From Spirochaetia bacterium (GTDB lineage: Bacteria > Spirochaetota > Spirochaetia > UBA9216): a stretch of DNA of 64,000 nt. Where the stretch lies: NCBI GenBank assembly GCA_963677925.2, contig CAXXYH010000004.1, positions 2,272,001 to 2,336,000 on the forward strand, written 5' to 3'. Each line of letters opens with the position of its first letter. Positions within the stretch are counted from its first letter, which is position 1. This document shows positions 39,552 through 48,049 of the stretch, piece after piece. The translations under genes were made by a program, and so were the position numbers. The notes under the pieces are model-generated. The model saw only the letters and a list, made by a program, of their open reading frames with translations. It was not told the origin of the DNA and made no database searches.

Positions 39552-39582
39552 ATGCTAAACCTTACCCCCATGGTAAGGTCAA
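39552..39582 (-). promoter_or_regulatory. MerR-family (CueR-like) operator/promoter
   Basis: Minus strand TTGACC-N19-TAGCAT with dyad ACCTTACC-N5-GGTAAGGT (39559-39579). Confidence 0.75.
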
Positions 39583-41405
39583 ACTATTTTTTCAGAAAGT
39601 CTCAACAGTGCCTGTCCGGCAAGAATTCGATGATAGGCGGCTGCCTCATTGATGCCGAAATATAGTTTTTTAGAATTGGAAAGATAATCGCTGCCGGTTG
39701 TTTCGAGAATATCATTAAGAACCGGCTGCAGGATAAACCCTGCAAGTTCCTTGGCGGGAATTGAAGATATGCTGCGGTCAATTGATTCAAGTTTTTTTAA
39801 ATACTCCGAAAGTTCAGGTGTATCTTTGCTTATCAGTTTCATTAGCTGAATGGCTTCACCAGATAGGGTTTCAAGATTTTTACATTCATGAATGAGATTT
39901 TCAAGCATTGAAATAATACCTTTCAGCTCATTCCGGCCTGATTTAAATCTATCACTTTTAACTTTGATCTTAATATTTTCAATGGTTTTTCTCTGTTCCG
40001 GTGTCTGAAGAAGAGTATCTGATGATAGAAATTGCATTCCGTCTATCTTTATACCATATGACGAAAGATTATAAGTTGCAGTCGAACTATCATTTTTTAA
40101 CTGGTTTTCAAACCACCACTTGTATATTATAAGCCGCTTGTCTGTTAAGGTTTCAGTACCCGAATTATTGTCTGTTTTGAAGGATGAAGTGCTGTTAAGA
40201 TAGGCTGCAGTAAGCGAAGATGCCGGTGTAAGTCTTGTAGAGGACATTGCAATCAGTCTTGAAGAAAGGCTGTTTTTATAATGAGTTTTATTTCCTGGAT
40301 ATCCAAGATCAAGTCCAGCCGCATAGATTTCACGGCAGCCGAGTCTTCTGGCCAAATCCCAGGCACTCGTTGCTACAGATCCTCCGGCACCCAGAACTCC
40401 ATTAATTCTGACATGTTCTTCAAACAGACTTCCAAGCGGAAAAACAGATTTGCAGAAGTATACAGGAAGAGAGCAGTTTCTGAAAATTCCAGGATGGGTT
40501 GAGCTTTCAGATACAAGAATACTGCTGCCGTCAAACAATCTGTCTGACAGCAGGTTGTCAAGATGCCTGGAGTTCAGATACTGCGGATCAACAACTACTA
40601 TGAAATCAGGTGCAATTCGGGCATCTTTGAAAGCTCTTACGGCAGTATCTACACTGATTATTACAGCTCTTTTTTTCATTTCGGGCATCAGGGGCATTAA
40701 CGAATCAAGCGAAGGTCCTGCTGCAGCTACAATTCCCGGAATGCCGGGGAAACGGCCGAACCACTCACTGATATCGCCTGCATGAATCAGGGTTGGAATG
40801 TTGCGGAAAAGATTTCTGACCCAGGATTTACCGAAGCGGTTTATAGTATTCCGGTTTGTTTCCTTCTTAGCCACATATTCATTTATATTTTCTTCCAGAC
40901 TGCTGAAATATTCTTCATTTATTCCTGTCAGCTGACGCAATTTGAAGGTGTATACCGGAAAAACATCAATCTGTTTCAATATTCCCTGTATTGACGAGGG
41001 TACGGTATCAAGAAGAAAACCGGTTCGCGGTGATGATATAACCTCGGTGAAATCTCTTGCTTCTAGTGCTTTTAAGAATATTCCGGGCTCAGGTTCTGCA
41101 ATTAATATTTGAAGTTCCGGATAGTTTTCAAGAAGTGCTTCTATATGATAGCCCAGTCCGAAGCCGAAGACTACACAGATACCTGAGCCGCTTATTCCGC
41201 AGTTTCCTGCAAGCCTCGATGCTTCGGCAGACGGAGCTCTTGAGGAGTGCAGCCATACTTTATTCAGTTTTCCGGACACGGTTCCGTTTACACTTACAAC
41301 TATTTCAAGATCTTCAGATGGTTTGTAGCGGGACAATATTTCAGTTTCGAATCCCTGATATTTCTCTTTCAGTGCATCAAGGTTTTTCCCGGCAAATACC
41401 GACAT
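39579..41405 (-). CDS. Motility-associated factor (Maf/DUF115) putative flagellin glycosyltransferase
   Basis: FGFGLGYH, AAAGPSLD, PDFIVVVDPQ, GGSVATSAWDLA, GLDLGY; ATG 41405 preferred to TTG 41414 on SD spacing. Confidence 0.85.
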   Translation of the reverse strand: MSVFAGKNLDALKEKYQGFETEILSRYKPSEDLEIVVSVNGTVSGKLNKVWLHSSRAPSAEASRLAGNCGISGSGICVVFGFGLGYHIEALLENYPELQILIAEPEPGIFLKALEARDFTEVISSPRTGFLLDTVPSSIQGILKQIDVFPVYTFKLRQLTGINEEYFSSLEENINEYVAKKETNRNTINRFGKSWVRNLFRNIPTLIHAGDISEWFGRFPGIPGIVAAAGPSLDSLMPLMPEMKKRAVIISVDTAVRAFKDARIAPDFIVVVDPQYLNSRHLDNLLSDRLFDGSSILVSESSTHPGIFRNCSLPVYFCKSVFPLGSLFEEHVRINGVLGAGGSVATSAWDLARRLGCREIYAAGLDLGYPGNKTHYKNSLSSRLIAMSSTRLTPASSLTAAYLNSTSSFKTDNNSGTETLTDKRLIIYKWWFENQLKNDSSTATYNLSSYGIKIDGMQFLSSDTLLQTPEQRKTIENIKIKVKSDRFKSGRNELKGIISMLENLIHECKNLETLSGEAIQLMKLISKDTPELSEYLKKLESIDRSISSIPAKELAGFILQPVLNDILETTGSDYLSNSKKLYFGINEAAAYHRILAGQALLRLSEKIV

Positions 41406-41406
41406 A

Positions 41407-43266
41407 TTATTCAAGCTCCAGCAGTATTTCCATTCCCGGTGTGAGTTCAGTTCCCGGTTCCGGAGTCTGTTTCACAACCCAGCCTTCGCCCGAGAGCTTA
41501 AGGCTGAATCTCTTGTCGTTAAGAAGAGGAAGCAGCTGTCTCTTAGTCATTCCGGTGAAATCGGGAATCTTTTCTTCGACTGTAACTGTTTTGTCTTTTG
41601 GTACAGATATATGCCCTGTATGCTCCAGTACTATATCAGTTGTTTTGGGAATTCCGAGATAGGGTACTGTTTCATCAATAATTTTCTTTGCTACCGGGGC
41701 AGCAATAGTTCCGCCGTAGTAGGATACGCCCTTCGGATTCTGAATAACAACATAAATAATCAATCTGGGATCATCCGTTGGAAAAATAGCCAGACAGGAT
41801 GCTATATAATTTTCATCAGAGTACGAACCTGTTTTAGGGTCTATGACCTGGCTTGTTCCGGTCTTGGCAGAAATTCTCAGGCCTTCTGTACGGAGTCTGT
41901 GTGCTGTCCCGCCGTCCTCGGTTGCTGTTTCCATCATCAGCAGCATTCCGCGGGCTGTTTCAGGACTGAATACTCTTCGAACCGGCTCACGTTCCACCTC
42001 TTCAATAACCTTGCCGTCAGGTGAGAGTATTCGATCAACAATATGAGGGCGCAGGAGAACACCGTCATTTGCAAATACTGTTGCTGCTGAGGCTACCTGT
42101 ACTGCCGAAACGAGAATCTCCTGTCCGAACGAAATTGTAGGTTTTGATCTTGCGGACCACTTATCTGGACTTCTTATAAGTCCTGAAGATTCTCCAGGCA
42201 TCGGCAGCTGTGTCTGCCCGCCGAATCCGAGGGCCGTCAGCATCTGGTAGAAATCGCTGTTGCTGACGGTATCTGACGCATAGGCTGCACCTGCGTTGCA
42301 GGAATATTTAATTATTCCGGCAGGCGTAAGCGAGCCGTGGGTTCCAAGGCAGCGAATGGGTTCAGGTATGGCTTCGTTTTCATAGGTGCCGTCACAGTAG
42401 AAGTGTGAGGAAGGGCTAATGCCTCTGAGCTCCATAAATGATGAAATGCTGAAAATTTTCATAATTGAACCCGGCTCATAAGCGGAAGAGACAGTCCTGT
42501 TCCGTCTTTCGGCCTCAGTAAAATCTCCGAATGTATTGGGATCAAAGTCAGGCATTGTTGCCGAAGCCAGAATATCTCCGTTTCTTGCATCCATTACGAC
42601 GATCATTACTGCATCGGCTTTATGGACTTCCATTGTTTCAGCCGCATATTTCTCAGCAAAGTATTCAATATTTGTATCAATTGTAAGGAAAAGCTGATTT
42701 CCATATACATCATTTTCGTCTCTGAGCTCAGGCTTGGGTGACAGGATGTCGTTCATCGTATACTCAATGCCGTCCAGACCTATATTATCTGTACCCGCAT
42801 ATCCGATTATATGGGAAGCCAGCCGTTTTTCAGGATAGTTCCTTCCGTATTCCTTCCTGAGGTAAACACCTTCGAGTTTGCCTGTCTCTTTGAGCTTGCG
42901 AATCTCTTCACTTTCTGTCGGGGTGATTTTTCGTTTTATCCACATGCTGTTGTGCCTGGTGGTAAAACTGATCAGGAGATTATTATAATCAAGTTCGAGT
43001 ATCGTCGAAAGATACTGAGCTGTTTCTTCCGGATTGCTTACATACGGAATCCAGGTTTCAACAGAATCAAGCTGATTCTGAATAGCCAGAATTCTTCCGT
43101 TTCGATCAAGAATGGGGCCTCTTTCGACTACGGGTTTAGATGTAATTTGTGCGGTATCCTGATGATTCAGAACCATCAGTGAAAAGTATTTCCAGACTAT
43201 TATCAGTAATAATATTGCTGTTACTATGCTGAAAAAAAGAAATCTCCGGCCTATTTTCTTATCCAT
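41407..43266 (-). CDS. Class B penicillin-binding protein (FtsI-like) with C-terminal PASTA domain
   Basis: RGPILDRNG, LTIDTNI, SxxK (GSIMK), SxN (SCN), KTG (AKTGT), IPDFTGMT PASTA. Confidence 0.93.
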   Translation of the reverse strand: MDKKIGRRFLFFSIVTAILLLIIVWKYFSLMVLNHQDTAQITSKPVVERGPILDRNGRILAIQNQLDSVETWIPYVSNPEETAQYLSTILELDYNNLLISFTTRHNSMWIKRKITPTESEEIRKLKETGKLEGVYLRKEYGRNYPEKRLASHIIGYAGTDNIGLDGIEYTMNDILSPKPELRDENDVYGNQLFLTIDTNIEYFAEKYAAETMEVHKADAVMIVVMDARNGDILASATMPDFDPNTFGDFTEAERRNRTVSSAYEPGSIMKIFSISSFMELRGISPSSHFYCDGTYENEAIPEPIRCLGTHGSLTPAGIIKYSCNAGAAYASDTVSNSDFYQMLTALGFGGQTQLPMPGESSGLIRSPDKWSARSKPTISFGQEILVSAVQVASAATVFANDGVLLRPHIVDRILSPDGKVIEEVEREPVRRVFSPETARGMLLMMETATEDGGTAHRLRTEGLRISAKTGTSQVIDPKTGSYSDENYIASCLAIFPTDDPRLIIYVVIQNPKGVSYYGGTIAAPVAKKIIDETVPYLGIPKTTDIVLEHTGHISVPKDKTVTVEEKIPDFTGMTKRQLLPLLNDKRFSLKLSGEGWVVKQTPEPGTELTPGMEILLELE

Positions 43267-43615
43267 CGGCAAGTATCCTTGAATGGCAGACCCTTCCAAT
43301 TATCAGATTCTGCGGAATTCTTCCATAGTGCCTTGAATCTGTAGATTCGGGAAGATTGATCCCGGTAACGAAGACTTCTCCACCTTTTACCGCCTGACAT
43401 TTTTTTACTGACATTTCGCCGGAAACCGGATCTGAAAATACGATAATATCGCCTTCCTTCGGGCTGCCGATAAGATAGGCGGCACGGTTGATTATAATAT
43501 AACTCTTATCATGCAGAACCGGTTCCATAGAGCTTCCTGAAACCTTTGCAGGTGAGAAAAAGAAAGATGATGCAAAAAGAAGGATACTGCAAAAAAATAA
43601 AAAAAACTTCCACAT
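43259..43615 (-). CDS. Short signal peptidase I (S26) family protein
   Basis: SGSSMEP (Ser nucleophile), GDIIVF, VKK (Lys base), STDSRHYG. Confidence 0.8.
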   Translation of the reverse strand: MWKFFLFFCSILLFASSFFFSPAKVSGSSMEPVLHDKSYIIINRAAYLIGSPKEGDIIVFSDPVSGEMSVKKCQAVKGGEVFVTGINLPESTDSRHYGRIPQNLIIGRVCHSRILADG

Positions 43616-43659
43616 AATTAAGCGATCTTATAGTAATATGTCGTCAGGAAATTGTCGAT

Positions 43660-44928
43660 ATGAATATTGTAACTATTATGATTGAATTTATTGACAAACA
43701 GAAGATTTACAAAAGACATTCATTCAACGGTTCCCCGGGCCTTCACATGGCTGCGGGAGGCATTTTCCCCGATAAAAGTATTGATCGTTTCAGAAAGAAA
43801 CAGAGCTTTGCCCGGGGGCTTCCTGCGAGAAAGAAGAGGGTTTCACACCATACACCCGAAGAATCAAAAATCAATGAAAAATCCGCTCCTGCTGTTTCCA
43901 GACAGTCGGTTGTAAAACGCAGAAAGCTTAATTTCTCAGGTTTCGGCCGTTTTTTTTCCTCTCTTAAACAAAAGATGTCATTTCTGAGTTTTAAGGTATT
44001 TCTTATTACAGGTCTTGCTCTTTGCGTTATAGGACTTGCTGCCTTCATCACTTACAGCTGGATTCAAAACTCGCAGATGTACGACAGTCTTGCTCTTCCG
44101 CAGGATGTAAATGTCGATGATGTACTTTATGAAAACCTTACAGTAGGATATGACGGTCAGGGCTCGGGTGAAATTGCAGGAATTGAACCCGTACTTATGC
44201 TTACAGGTGAACCTGCATCATATGTAGTACAGCCCGGAGATACCCTTTCAGAGATTGCACGGGACAATAACATAAAAATAGGAACTCTTATAAGCTATAA
44301 TCAGATCTCAGATGTAAGAAGGCTGCTGGTCGGTATGGAGCTGAAGATTCCGGAAGCGGACGGTATTCCATATGAGGTGAAAGCAGGAGACTCGCTTTCC
44401 TCAATTGCATCCAAGTATGAGCTGTCAGTAAACAGTCTTCTCGACGCAAATGACCTTCAGTCTGAGGTTATCGCTCCGGGTGATATGCTTTTTATTCCCG
44501 GTGCCGTAATGAACGAGTTTGATTACAAGAAGGCTATGGGCACCCTGTTCATATATCCCACCTCGGGCAGACTTTCTTCAGGTTTCGGATACAGACCGGA
44601 CCCATTCACCGGGCAACGGCGTTTCCACAACGGAATTGACCTTGCAAATGGAATAGGAACAAGAGTCAGTGCGACGATGTCCGGCCGTGTAGCTGCAATA
44701 GGAGAGCAGGTAAGCGGTTATGGTAAATATGTCATTATCAAGCATGCAAACGGCTATCAGAGTCTATACGGACACATGAACAAGATTACTGTTCGTAAAG
44801 GCCAGTATATCAGTCAGGGCGAGAAAATAGGTGAAATGGGCAATACCGGACGAAGTACCGGACCGCATCTTCACTTCTCAATATATAAAAACAATATCCC
44901 GGTTAATCCGCTTACATATTTATGGTAA
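43660..44928 (+). CDS. LysM-domain M23 family metallopeptidase
   Basis: TM, two LysM domains (YVVQPGDTLSEIA; YEVKAGDSLSSIA), HNGIDL, YGHM, TGPHLHF; start may be 43678. Confidence 0.93.
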   Translation: MNIVTIMIEFIDKQKIYKRHSFNGSPGLHMAAGGIFPDKSIDRFRKKQSFARGLPARKKRVSHHTPEESKINEKSAPAVSRQSVVKRRKLNFSGFGRFFSSLKQKMSFLSFKVFLITGLALCVIGLAAFITYSWIQNSQMYDSLALPQDVNVDDVLYENLTVGYDGQGSGEIAGIEPVLMLTGEPASYVVQPGDTLSEIARDNNIKIGTLISYNQISDVRRLLVGMELKIPEADGIPYEVKAGDSLSSIASKYELSVNSLLDANDLQSEVIAPGDMLFIPGAVMNEFDYKKAMGTLFIYPTSGRLSSGFGYRPDPFTGQRRFHNGIDLANGIGTRVSATMSGRVAAIGEQVSGYGKYVIIKHANGYQSLYGHMNKITVRKGQYISQGEKIGEMGNTGRSTGPHLHFSIYKNNIPVNPLTYLW

Positions 44929-44988
44929 AAGAAATTTGCCATAAATATGTCCGTTTTCTATGGTCGGAGAAACAGGGAAATGTGTTGT

Positions 44989-46269
44989 CTATGGGCTGAC
45001 TTTTAAAAAGTCAGCCTTTTTTTTTAGTATTAAGACAGGTACAAGACAAAGAAGATATATAAGCGATGAAGCTCTGTAGATTGCAGGCGTCGGAATAAAA
45101 CCGTTGGCATTATTAAGGACTGTAGGTATACCGAAATGATTTATTAAAAATGAACCTATAGCCGGTCCGATTATCATCGGCAGCATAACCAGGAATATAA
45201 GCCTTACTCCCTGAAACTGTCCCCGGCTTTCCTGCGGCATCAGGTTTCGTGCCCAGGCTCCGAGCACAATAAGCATTAGAAAACCGAAATTTTTCAGAAC
45301 ACCGAAAAGCACCAGCAGCGGAAGACTGTTCACTGATCCGAAAAAGAACTGACCGGCAGCCGAAATTATAAAACCGGCTACAAGGACTGGAAGCCCGTAG
45401 CCCTTATCTGAAAGCCTTCCAATAGGAATTGCAAATATTATCAGAACGGGCGCTACAAGGGCCGTAAGAAGCCCTGTAAGGCTTTTAGAGATGCCTATGT
45501 AGTTGTTGAGGTATATTATTTCATATGGACCGACTACCTGCTGTGCAATTGAGGATATGGCTATAGTTACAAAAACAATATACAGCGCCCTGTTCCTGCT
45601 TATTACTGAAGGTCTGAAAACCTTGATAAGCTCAATGAAAAAACCGCTGCGGTTTTCCATATCTGAAGGCTTGAGCACGGGACTCTCTTTCAGTATTGAC
45701 GAGCCTGTGATGCCGAGAACCAGGACAAGAGCTCCCAGTACAAGAAAAAACGGAAAGTATCCCAGTTTATCTATCAGAAGGCCGGATACTCCTGTTCCCA
45801 GAACAACCGCGAATACCGGCAGCATCATCAGGATTCCCTCTGTAAGTCCTCTGTTTTTTGTACTTGTGATATCGGTAACCCATGCATTAAAAGCTGCATC
45901 GTTAGCGGTTGAGCCGAAGAAAGTCATGACTGCATCAAGCAGGACAACCAGAAAAACTGCTCTCTGTATGGTGCCGGCCCATCCGGACATGGGAAATACA
46001 GCAGTTGAAAGCGCCCACAGAACATATCCGAAAAGTATAAATGGTTTACGCCGTCCGATTCTGTCGCTGATTGTTCCAATAATTAAAGTTGTAAGAGTGG
46101 CAACTATTGAGCTGACGGCGACCATGACGGCAATGGGTTCAGGATTCGGAGTGATCGTATCGAAAACAAATGTGTTGAACCAGGAATTTTCCACATTCCA
46201 GGCTATCTGGCCTCCCAGGCCGAGCATAATAATTACAGCTAAATTTTTCCCTGACAGTCCGTTATTCAT
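44989..46269 (-). CDS. MFS transporter (probable sugar transporter)
   Basis: About 12 hydrophobic segments, GTISDRIGRRKPF motif A, GRLSDKGY; overlaps the GH2 stop. Confidence 0.92.
   Translation of the reverse strand: MNNGLSGKNLAVIIMLGLGGQIAWNVENSWFNTFVFDTITPNPEPIAVMVAVSSIVATLTTLIIGTISDRIGRRKPFILFGYVLWALSTAVFPMSGWAGTIQRAVFLVVLLDAVMTFFGSTANDAAFNAWVTDITSTKNRGLTEGILMMLPVFAVVLGTGVSGLLIDKLGYFPFFLVLGALVLVLGITGSSILKESPVLKPSDMENRSGFFIELIKVFRPSVISRNRALYIVFVTIAISSIAQQVVGPYEIIYLNNYIGISKSLTGLLTALVAPVLIIFAIPIGRLSDKGYGLPVLVAGFIISAAGQFFFGSVNSLPLLVLFGVLKNFGFLMLIVLGAWARNLMPQESRGQFQGVRLIFLVMLPMIIGPAIGSFLINHFGIPTVLNNANGFIPTPAIYRASSLIYLLCLVPVLILKKKADFLKVSP
44994..45025 (+). terminator. Rho-independent terminator of the M23 gene, lying within the 3' end of the convergent MFS CDS
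   Basis: GGCTGACTTT-taa-AAAGTCAGCC followed by T9. Confidence 0.75.
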
Positions 46270-48025
46270 TATTTTCGCACCTTTTTAATTCCATATAAAT
46301 TTCAAGATTCAGTTTCTGAACTTTATTTCTGTCGATTTTCAGCACCTTACGGTCGTAGGTGTACAGTCCGTTAATTTCAATTTCAACATCAGAAAGCTGT
46401 GTATAGACAGCAGCAGACAATCCCCTGCTTATAAGAGGGATAAGCTGCTCCCTGATAAGCGCAGTGTATCTTTCTGTAAGTTCTTCGGAGGATTCCATTG
46501 TTTTGTAGCCGAATTCTTTATCTTTATTCCAGAGCCGTCCTTCAACAGCAAGATTGTAGCCGCCGTATTCGGAAATAAAATAAGCTCTTCTATCCTGTTT
46601 TCTGGGATTCTTAAGCTTGATGAAGTATGTATGCCTGCTGTTAAAACCGCCTCCTCCCTGATCAAACCAGCCGGAGGTTCGGTCAACAAGTCTTGTAGAG
46701 TCAGCTGCTTCAGTCAGCCTGCCAATTTCCTGCGAATCAAACTGTCCCCAGCCTTCGTTAAACGGAACCCACATGACAATTGATGGATGATTGTACAGGT
46801 GAGTGATTAATCCCCCCAGTTCCTTTTTAAAGAAATGACGATTTTCACTATTCTTTCTTCCCAGACGGCGGCGGCTGTATCTTCCTGTATCATTTATCCT
46901 GAATCCGAAAAGCAGTGCCATCAGAGTAAGCGGACTGTTTGCTATATGTCTGCCGCCTGAAATCATATCCTGAATTACTAAAATACCAAGCCGATCAGCA
47001 TGATAATACCATCTTCGCGGTTCAATTTTTATATGCTTGCGTACGGAGTTGAACCCCAGCTCCTTGACAGCTTCAATATCAAAGATCATTGCATCATCAT
47101 CCGGCGGCGTCATCCCCGATTCAGGCCAGTAGCCCTGATCCAGAGGGGCATGCAGAAACAAGGGCTTGCCGTTTAGAAAAATCCTTTTAAACCCTGAGCG
47201 TCCTTCCTTTAGTTCTATCTTCCTGAATGCGAAATAACCGGTTACTGTATCTGCGCTGCTGTCCTTCAGACTTAACCTGAAACTGTAGAGAACAGGGGTT
47301 GATGGTGACCATAGTTCAGGAGCACTTACAGCAAGACTGCCGTTGCCGTCTGGAGTACAAACTGTCTCCTGTATTTTCCTGCCGTCAAGCATTATCTCAA
47401 ATAAAGCTTCACTCTCTTTCGCAAGATCAGCAGACAGTACTATTTCAGATCTGTCCGGATCTGCAGTTATTTTATAGCCAATAATATGATTGGTTTGGGG
47501 AACAGCTTCAATCCAGACGGTCTGCCAGATTCCGCTTGTTGCAGTATAAAATATAGTAGCCGGTTTCAGGCTCTGTTTTCCTCTTTGATTGAAGCTTTCA
47601 TCTGTCGGATCTTTTACTGATAAAATAATTTCATTTTCACCAGGTAGCAGATAATCAGTAATATCAAAGGAAAAGGGCAGGTATCCGCCTTTATGTGAAC
47701 CGATAGTCTTCCTGTTAACGTAACATAAGCATTCCCAGTCAACTGCCTCAAAATTCAGAAGGATCCGCTGCTTAGACCATTCTTCCGGAACTGTAAAGAT
47801 TCTGCTGTACCACAAAACCTCATCCGGCAGAAGTCTTCCGCCTACTCCGGACTTTTCAGTTTCTATAGAGTAGGGAACAAGAATCCTCCCCTCAAAGGTA
47901 TCCGGAATTATTTGTTCATTATTATTTATTGTGTAATTCCAGTACCCGTTCAGGCATTGCCATCGTTCCCTGACCATCTGAGGTCTAGGATATTCAGAAT
48001 GCGGTATCACTAAGTCTGATGACAA
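46262..48025 (-). CDS. Glycoside hydrolase family 2
   Basis: EYPRPQMVR, LNFEAVDW, HKGGYLPF, SGIWQTVW, LDQGYWP, PFNEGWG (acid/base), ISEYGG (nucleophile); TTG start with GGAGG. Confidence 0.92.
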   Translation of the reverse strand: MSSDLVIPHSEYPRPQMVRERWQCLNGYWNYTINNNEQIIPDTFEGRILVPYSIETEKSGVGGRLLPDEVLWYSRIFTVPEEWSKQRILLNFEAVDWECLCYVNRKTIGSHKGGYLPFSFDITDYLLPGENEIILSVKDPTDESFNQRGKQSLKPATIFYTATSGIWQTVWIEAVPQTNHIIGYKITADPDRSEIVLSADLAKESEALFEIMLDGRKIQETVCTPDGNGSLAVSAPELWSPSTPVLYSFRLSLKDSSADTVTGYFAFRKIELKEGRSGFKRIFLNGKPLFLHAPLDQGYWPESGMTPPDDDAMIFDIEAVKELGFNSVRKHIKIEPRRWYYHADRLGILVIQDMISGGRHIANSPLTLMALLFGFRINDTGRYSRRRLGRKNSENRHFFKKELGGLITHLYNHPSIVMWVPFNEGWGQFDSQEIGRLTEAADSTRLVDRTSGWFDQGGGGFNSRHTYFIKLKNPRKQDRRAYFISEYGGYNLAVEGRLWNKDKEFGYKTMESSEELTERYTALIREQLIPLISRGLSAAVYTQLSDVEIEINGLYTYDRKVLKIDRNKVQKLNLEIYMELKRCENNE

Positions 48026-48049
48026 GTATGCCTCCCGGGTACTTTTTTA

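Noticed and set aside
45503-46288. 261-aa plus-strand ORF
   Set aside because: Antisense shadow of the MFS transporter; no motifs
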